From Myxococcota bacterium (lineage in GTDB: Bacteria; Myxococcota_A; SURF-8): a DNA stretch of 64,000 nt. The position numbers and the translations under genes are program-made. The notes below the pieces were generated by a model. That model was not told the DNA's origin. It saw nothing but the letters and a program-made list of their open reading frames with translations, and did no database searches. Shown piece after piece: positions 58,678 to 64,000 of the stretch. The stretch covers positions 5,312,001-5,376,000 of the forward strand of contig OZ223209.1 of the NCBI GenBank assembly GCA_965140415.1, in the 5' to 3' direction. Position 1 is the stretch's first letter. Every line of letters begins with the position of its first letter.

Positions 58678-59127
58678 CTACCTCACACAGCGGACTTTGA
58701 GGCCGGTGCCGCCCGTCTTACCATTCACGTTGACGTTGACGCTACCGTGGTAGAAGTTCACATACCACGCAGTACTTGGATCCTGGGCACTCGTAGACGA
58801 CGACCAGTACGCAGAACCTGATGATACGAAGTAGTCCGTATCTATTGCTGGACTAGTTCGACTATGATCCACTAATGTTTGCAATTCCTTAACGTTTGGC
58901 AAATACCAATCTGAATGGCCAGCTAAATCCAAACCTTCACAATAGGCCAAGGCTGGTTGCCAAAGCATTATTATAGGAGCACCATCTTTCATCCACATCA
59001 GCCCCGTATCATTGTCGGTCACCGTACCGTCGCCATTATCGGTGTAATTTCCTACCGACCAAGCCACCAGCGGCACCAGTAAAATAGCCACCGCGCACAC
59101 ACCAATCAAAGCTTTCTTCATACTCAT
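58678..59127 (-). CDS. Secreted single-domain DUF1566 (Lcl C-terminal, C-type-lectin-fold) protein
   Basis: DNGDGTVTDNDTGLMW, YCEGL...DWYLPNVKEL, YWSSS, VRCVR; AGGAGG RBS. Confidence 0.85.
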   Translation of the reverse strand: MSMKKALIGVCAVAILLVPLVAWSVGNYTDNGDGTVTDNDTGLMWMKDGAPIIMLWQPALAYCEGLDLAGHSDWYLPNVKELQTLVDHSRTSPAIDTDYFVSSGSAYWSSSTSAQDPSTAWYVNFYHGSVNVNVNGKTGGTGLKVRCVR

Positions 59128-59171
59128 GGTTCTTCCTCCTGTTTGCTTTCACTCTCAAGATTTTCAATTCT

Positions 59172-61600
59172 TTATCGAACACATCGTACCTTGTACATGG
59201 TTGTTTTTGCGACGTAATTGACCGAGCCTTCATCGAATTGCACGCACCACGCTTGATCGCTATCACCCGCGTATTCGGTTCCGGTCCAGAAGTTTCCGCC
59301 TCGGGTCTCCGGGAAAACCCTGTCGTCGATGGCGGACTGGTACAGGCCGTAATCTACAAGACCTACCAACTCCATGCGCGACGGTAAGCGCCAGGCCGTG
59401 CTGCCGCCCAAAGACAATTCCTCGCAATACTGGACCGCATCCCCCCAGCTATGGCTTTCCTCCCAGAATCGCTGCCAGATCAGGCCGGTGACGTTGTCCA
59501 CCACCGTTCCATCCGCCGTAGGCGAATAACTGGGTTCGTTGCCCTGCACCTGGGCATCCTGGCCATAGAAGTCTTCGCCGGAAGACGGGCAGTCGATCTC
59601 GGCGGAGTTGTCATAACAGGTATGCTGCCCGGTATCCGGCAGAGTCCCGTCAGAACTCGTCAGGTGGCACTGGTAATCCTCACAGATGCGTGGAGGCGAG
59701 CAATAGCCGCATTCTCCTCCGCAGCCATCGTTCCCACAGTTCTTTCCCGTGCAGTCCGGGATGCATTCCATCGCGCCACGCACGCAGCGCACGGACATGT
59801 CGGTCGTCATGTCCGCATAACTGACCGAACCTTCGTTGAACTCGACGTACCAGGCCTTTGTTTCATCGCCCGCATAGTCGGTCGAGGTCCAGAACTGCCG
59901 CATACCCGTATCCGGGAAGGCGTAGTCGTCGATGGCGGGCTGGTAGCGACCGTAATCGACGATGGTAATCAATTCGTGACGGGTGGGCAGACGCATTCGC
60001 AAACCCCCGTCGCTCATTCCAGCGCAGTGCCTCACGGCATCTTCGCGGGTCATCAAGTCGTCGCTGACTCTCCGTTTCCAGGTCAGACCCGTAGCGACGT
60101 CGTAGACGGAATGCTCGCCCACGGTCAGATTCATGTCGATGCCGTGATATTGGGCGTCCTGGCCGAAGAAGTCCTCACCCTCGAACGGACAGAGCATCTG
60201 TTCGCTGTTGTCGTAGCACATATACTGCCCGGTATCCGGCCAGGGCCAGTGGCCGTATTCACCTTCCACGCAGTCGAAATCCGTCGTGCAGGTATCACCC
60301 TCCGAACAATACCCGCAATCACCGCCGCAACCGTCCGGACCGCAATCCATGCCGCTGCACTCCGGCAGGCAAGAGAAGAAGTCGTCCTTCACACATCGTA
60401 CGGCGTAACCGGAGGTGGCCGCCGCATAGCTGACCGCGCCTTCTGTGAAATCGACGGCCCAGTATTGGGTTTCATTTCCGGCGTACTGGGTCGACGTCCA
60501 AAAGTTGCGCGAACCGGTCTGCGGGAAGGCATAGTCGTTGATGGCGGGCATGTACCAGGAATAGTCGATGATCGTGATCAGCTCGATCCGGCTGGGCAAA
60601 CGCCACTGGCTGGAGCCGCCCAGAGACAGGCTGGCGCAGTACGCCTCGGCGCTGGTTTGATCCGCCGGATAAGCCCCGACCCGGCGCTGCCAGGTCAAAC
60701 CGGTGGCGTTGTCGTGAACCACGTCCTGCTGAATGGCGTAGTTCATGGGCACGCCGTGGTACTGGGCGTCCTGGCCGAAGAACTCCGTGTCTTCGTATGG
60801 GCACAGGATCTGGGCGCTATTGTCGTAGCACAGATATTGGCCCGTATCGACCCAGCCCCAGCGTCCGCGCTCGCCCGACACACACCAGCTGTAGGGACCG
60901 CAGGTCAGGCCGTCCGAGCAGTATCCACAGTCACCACCACAACCATCCGGACCGCAGGCGCGTCCCTGGCAGCTGGGTGTACAGGTACGGTCTCCACGCA
61001 CGCAACGGACAAAGTAGCCGGTAGTTTTGGTAACATAGCTTGCCGCGCCCTCGGTGAAATCAACGGCCCAAGCCTTGGTGTCGTCCCCGGCGTATTCCTC
61101 GCTAGCCCAGTAATAATCGGAATGGGCTTCGGGGAAGCGGCTGTCGTCAATGGCCGGTTCATACGTCCCGTAGTCCACGATCATCATCAGTTCTTTGCGG
61201 CTCGGCAAGCGCCAGTCGGAATAACCGCCGAGGGACAGACCGTCGCAGTAGCTGATAGCGCTGGCCCAGCCAGTAGCCGAGTTTTCGCCCTGCTGCCACA
61301 TCAGGCCGGTATCTTCGTGCGCGACCACGCCGCTTCCGCTGGAGGTGAAGGACATATAATTCTCGCCGTACTGGCTGTCCTGGCCGTAGAAGTCGTCTCC
61401 TTCGGAAGGGCAGGTCATCTCCGCTGAGTTGTCGTAGCAAAGCACCTGACCGGTATCCGGGAAACTCCAGTTGCCGCTACTGACTTCCACACAGTGGAAG
61501 GTTTCCAGATCGCAAACCAGCCCACCGCTGCACCCAGGCGAACAGGAGCCGCCGCAACCATCCGGGCCGCAGTCTTTGTTTGCGCAGTCAGGAACACAGA
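59172..61600 (-). repeat. Four intragenic repeats with a period of about 600-620 bp
   Basis: DTGQ codons recur near 61455, 60845, 60235 and 59635. Confidence 0.8.
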
Positions 61601-63752
61601 CATCGGAGTCGCCGTCCATATCCCCATCAGGGTCGATGTCTCCGTCGGGATCTATGTCACCATCCGGTGGGTCATCGGCGCAGTAGTACTGGATGGTGAG
61701 CGAGTAATCATTTCGAACGGCATGTACCGTACCTTCAACCTTCAGAATCGCTTTGGTCAACGTATTGAAGGTGTACTCAACCTGAGCAGCTTCGCTTTCC
61801 TCCGTGCCCTGATCCGAATCCAGTTCCGCGAGATTCTGACTATACAGGGTAAGTTTCAGGTTGCCATGCAGGCCCTCAAGCGAGAAGCCATAGTTGACAG
61901 TCGCCTGAAAATGGCATTCCGTTTCATACTGATCGCCCACTTGCAAGGAAAACCAGTCTTCATCACCCTGGCAGATCTCTAGGCTATTGAAATACGTCGT
62001 TGGGTCACTGATATATGAGTCTAAAACCGTAGCAGTGGAGGATTCATCATTGGGTTCCAACCGATCAGTACGACAAGGATCTACCATGTACTCGTCGGAG
62101 GATTCGAAGCCTCGAACAACGTCAACCATGTACGCAAATGTATAAAGGCTACCAGCAAACTCCAGTCCTAGGTCCATCCATTTTAGCGGTCCAATAACTT
62201 CCCTGAAAAGTTCCTGTGTCTGTTCTGCCGCGCGGTTCATAATAGTTTCAGGGCTTATGCGTAAACACCAACGGAGAGAATCCCAAAACGACTGGCTAGT
62301 TGCAATTCGCTCAGCTATATCCGCCAATTCGGAAAATACCAATTCGAGGTTCATATCAGAATTTGCGATGGCCGTAGCTAAATCTTCAAAAGATGTTGCA
62401 AAGAGATCCAATACAACATTCAATTGTGCTGCTTGATCCACGCTCATTCGTGACAACGCTTGCACGTTCAGCGCATCCGACACATCCAGAAAACTCTCTA
62501 CCACCGGCATTATCGCAACAGTGAGAACCGTCAGGGCTGTTGGAATGATATTGTCTGATTCCAGGTCCGTATTTCCCAGAGAAAATGAATTCAGGGTGGC
62601 GGCATTTTCAAATATGAAGGAGCGATCATCCAGCTCTTGATGTGTGCAGTCGAAATGATCGTAGTAAGACTCATCAAGGGATTCTCCCAGGCTATCCCAA
62701 AATGCCTGATCGTTTTCCCCGACAATGCTTTCCCAGCCCGATGAGCCGATACTGCCAATCAAATCGAGGAACATATCTCCAACGCCTGGTATCTCAATAT
62801 TTCGAGGACGAATTAGACCAACCCATTCTTCATTATTTTGACCAGCGTTGTGTTTGAACGTTACCCAGCGGGGTGCTGGATTCGTTACTCGATACGTTAC
62901 CTTATCTTTGACACTGTTGAAGTTGGATTCAACGAATACTGCATCCTCATTCTGCTTATCAATGTCATAGAATTCACTGTTGATCTGGTCGATTACCGGC
63001 CAATCGGCAGTGAAGCATGAATCCAGAGGAGCGCTTTTCATGTTTTTTCGGGAAGTCCTCTGAAGAGACGTAAAAACGGCAGAAACGCCGGAAAGCACAT
63101 CGGCATCGAGGTTATTCATTAGGGCTTGGTCATTGGTCAGTTTTGTTTCGATCAGCCTCGATAGTTCATCTACTTTCTCGTTTGATTTCATGGCTTCCAT
63201 GAAGGCAGCATCGAGGATGGTGTTCCCGGTAAGTACTCCCGGCATCATGAAAACCAACGCCAGAGCCGTGGTTTTAGGTGAGATCTCCGGGTTTTTCTGT
63301 ATCAGATCCGGGTGTTTGGGGAACATGCTGTACATGAACGGTTTGCTGTCCAGTTGGGCAGTAATCATACCCGTTGCATGGGTATTCATTCGGAGTTCAA
63401 AGGTGCCATCTGCGGCGGGAGTGGTTTCGTCGAGAGCGGTAACAACCTTAATGTCGGCCCAATTCACCTGAACGTTCTGCGGGAGTTGGATTCTGCCTTT
63501 GAAAATGGCCGAGTCGACAGTCATCCCGCCATGATCGACTTGCTTTTCATCCCGTGGCTCATCATTAGGGAGCCAGGAGCCATTGTCTTCGTCTCCATCG
63601 ACAGAATCATTGTCACCATCGACGACATGGTCTCCATCGATGACCGGCTGATCGCCGTCAGCGGGCTGTGACTCATTCTTTTCGCTGCTACAGGCGAGCA
63701 AGGTTAGAAGCACTGCTAAAATGAGGGTGATTCGGATGGGGTAAGGTTGCAT
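59172..63752 (-). CDS. Large lipoprotein with a PPC-like domain and four DUF1566 repeats separated by Cys-rich linkers
   Basis: LLAC lipobox; DGD linkers; four DTGQxxCYDNS...GQD(A/S)Q...TGLxW...RLP..EL...VRCV units; four C.P.C....CG.DGCGG.C units. Confidence 0.85.
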   Translation of the reverse strand: MQPYPIRITLILAVLLTLLACSSEKNESQPADGDQPVIDGDHVVDGDNDSVDGDEDNGSWLPNDEPRDEKQVDHGGMTVDSAIFKGRIQLPQNVQVNWADIKVVTALDETTPAADGTFELRMNTHATGMITAQLDSKPFMYSMFPKHPDLIQKNPEISPKTTALALVFMMPGVLTGNTILDAAFMEAMKSNEKVDELSRLIETKLTNDQALMNNLDADVLSGVSAVFTSLQRTSRKNMKSAPLDSCFTADWPVIDQINSEFYDIDKQNEDAVFVESNFNSVKDKVTYRVTNPAPRWVTFKHNAGQNNEEWVGLIRPRNIEIPGVGDMFLDLIGSIGSSGWESIVGENDQAFWDSLGESLDESYYDHFDCTHQELDDRSFIFENAATLNSFSLGNTDLESDNIIPTALTVLTVAIMPVVESFLDVSDALNVQALSRMSVDQAAQLNVVLDLFATSFEDLATAIANSDMNLELVFSELADIAERIATSQSFWDSLRWCLRISPETIMNRAAEQTQELFREVIGPLKWMDLGLEFAGSLYTFAYMVDVVRGFESSDEYMVDPCRTDRLEPNDESSTATVLDSYISDPTTYFNSLEICQGDEDWFSLQVGDQYETECHFQATVNYGFSLEGLHGNLKLTLYSQNLAELDSDQGTEESEAAQVEYTFNTLTKAILKVEGTVHAVRNDYSLTIQYYCADDPPDGDIDPDGDIDPDGDMDGDSDVCVPDCANKDCGPDGCGGSCSPGCSGGLVCDLETFHCVEVSSGNWSFPDTGQVLCYDNSAEMTCPSEGDDFYGQDSQYGENYMSFTSSGSGVVAHEDTGLMWQQGENSATGWASAISYCDGLSLGGYSDWRLPSRKELMMIVDYGTYEPAIDDSRFPEAHSDYYWASEEYAGDDTKAWAVDFTEGAASYVTKTTGYFVRCVRGDRTCTPSCQGRACGPDGCGGDCGYCSDGLTCGPYSWCVSGERGRWGWVDTGQYLCYDNSAQILCPYEDTEFFGQDAQYHGVPMNYAIQQDVVHDNATGLTWQRRVGAYPADQTSAEAYCASLSLGGSSQWRLPSRIELITIIDYSWYMPAINDYAFPQTGSRNFWTSTQYAGNETQYWAVDFTEGAVSYAAATSGYAVRCVKDDFFSCLPECSGMDCGPDGCGGDCGYCSEGDTCTTDFDCVEGEYGHWPWPDTGQYMCYDNSEQMLCPFEGEDFFGQDAQYHGIDMNLTVGEHSVYDVATGLTWKRRVSDDLMTREDAVRHCAGMSDGGLRMRLPTRHELITIVDYGRYQPAIDDYAFPDTGMRQFWTSTDYAGDETKAWYVEFNEGSVSYADMTTDMSVRCVRGAMECIPDCTGKNCGNDGCGGECGYCSPPRICEDYQCHLTSSDGTLPDTGQHTCYDNSAEIDCPSSGEDFYGQDAQVQGNEPSYSPTADGTVVDNVTGLIWQRFWEESHSWGDAVQYCEELSLGGSTAWRLPSRMELVGLVDYGLYQSAIDDRVFPETRGGNFWTGTEYAGDSDQAWCVQFDEGSVNYVAKTTMYKVRCVR

Positions 63753-63821
63753 CGCGTTTCCTTGTTTTTCGGAACTTCCGAAAGTCGTAAATACTGATAT
63801 TCAGCCGCTATGGACCGGGAT

Positions 63822-64000
63822 TCATGGCCCGCCCCGGACACATCGATACAATTGAAGATCATTTTTGGGATGAATGCTGACATATCCCCAAAGGAAAAAG
63901 ACAGCCCAAGCTTGGGATTTATCATTCACATACGATGTTGAAGTCCACAAGATGCCTACAAGACCAGGCATGTCGGTTGAAGGATCGTATTCCTGGTAAT
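63822..64000 (-). CDS. 3' end of another DUF1566 protein (partial)
   Basis: Not in the ORF track. ...LWTSTSYVNDKSQAWAVFFLWGYVSIHPKNDLQLYRCVRGGP-stop. Confidence 0.75.
   Translation of the reverse strand, partial: YQEYDPSTDMPGLVGILWTSTSYVNDKSQAWAVFFLWGYVSIHPKNDLQLYRCVRGGP

Larger units (their letters stand above)
11515..64000. mobile_element. tRNA-Thr-anchored genomic/defence island; right boundary not seen
   Basis: Abrupt switch after the tRNA to R-M, McrBC, WYL, IS-remnant and mosaic-GC cargo. No integrase or second att copy found in the window, so the extent is uncertain. Confidence 0.55.

Noticed and set aside
59451-61427. 658-aa plus-strand ORF
   Set aside because: Antisense shadow of the GC3-rich DUF1566 repeat gene.
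1-64000. CRISPR array, cas genes, reverse transcriptase, integrase, phage structural genes
   Set aside because: No regularly spaced repeats or diagnostic motifs seen by eye; short degenerate arrays could have been missed.

Overview
Bacterial DNA of moderate to high GC. The Asp-Gly-Asp-linker lipoproteins, Cys-rich repeats and ELWxxDGT protein suggest a Myxococcota/deltaproteobacterial-type host (inference). Positions 1-11.2 kb are chromosomal-type genes: a LolA-like protein, DUF1015, an ELWxxDGT lipoprotein, three B12-binding radical SAM enzymes with a thioesterase, and a YajD-like HNH protein. tRNA-Thr(CGT) at 11439-11514 is followed by att-like sequence and a large accessory/defence island. 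The island contains: (i) a leftward operon (type IIG R-M, GIY-YIG protein, Cys-phosphatase, McrB, McrC fusion, DUF429-like protein, nitroreductase); (ii) two WYL regulators and three copies of a GAC-N7-GTC box, each placed just upstream of a -10 element; (iii) a NERD-helicase and a second McrBC coupled to an AddB/AddA-like pair; (iv) an AT-rich module of XRE, alphaCTD/sigma-r4 protein, PLD-SF2 helicase, a 57-aa protein, a DndD-like CxC ABC ATPase, a Dnd-associated-4-like protein and a radical SAM enzyme, followed by a membrane HAD nucleotidase. Module (iv) lacks dndA/dndB/dndC and is the best candidate for an undescribed system: Dnd-like DNA modification/restriction with a radical SAM enzyme as the modifier. 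The right end holds a dual-nuclease gene, a PQQ/LamG lipoprotein, a DUF2958-ThiF-small-peptide operon and a cluster of DUF1566 (C-type-lectin-fold) genes. All family assignments come from motifs recognised by eye; no database searches were run.
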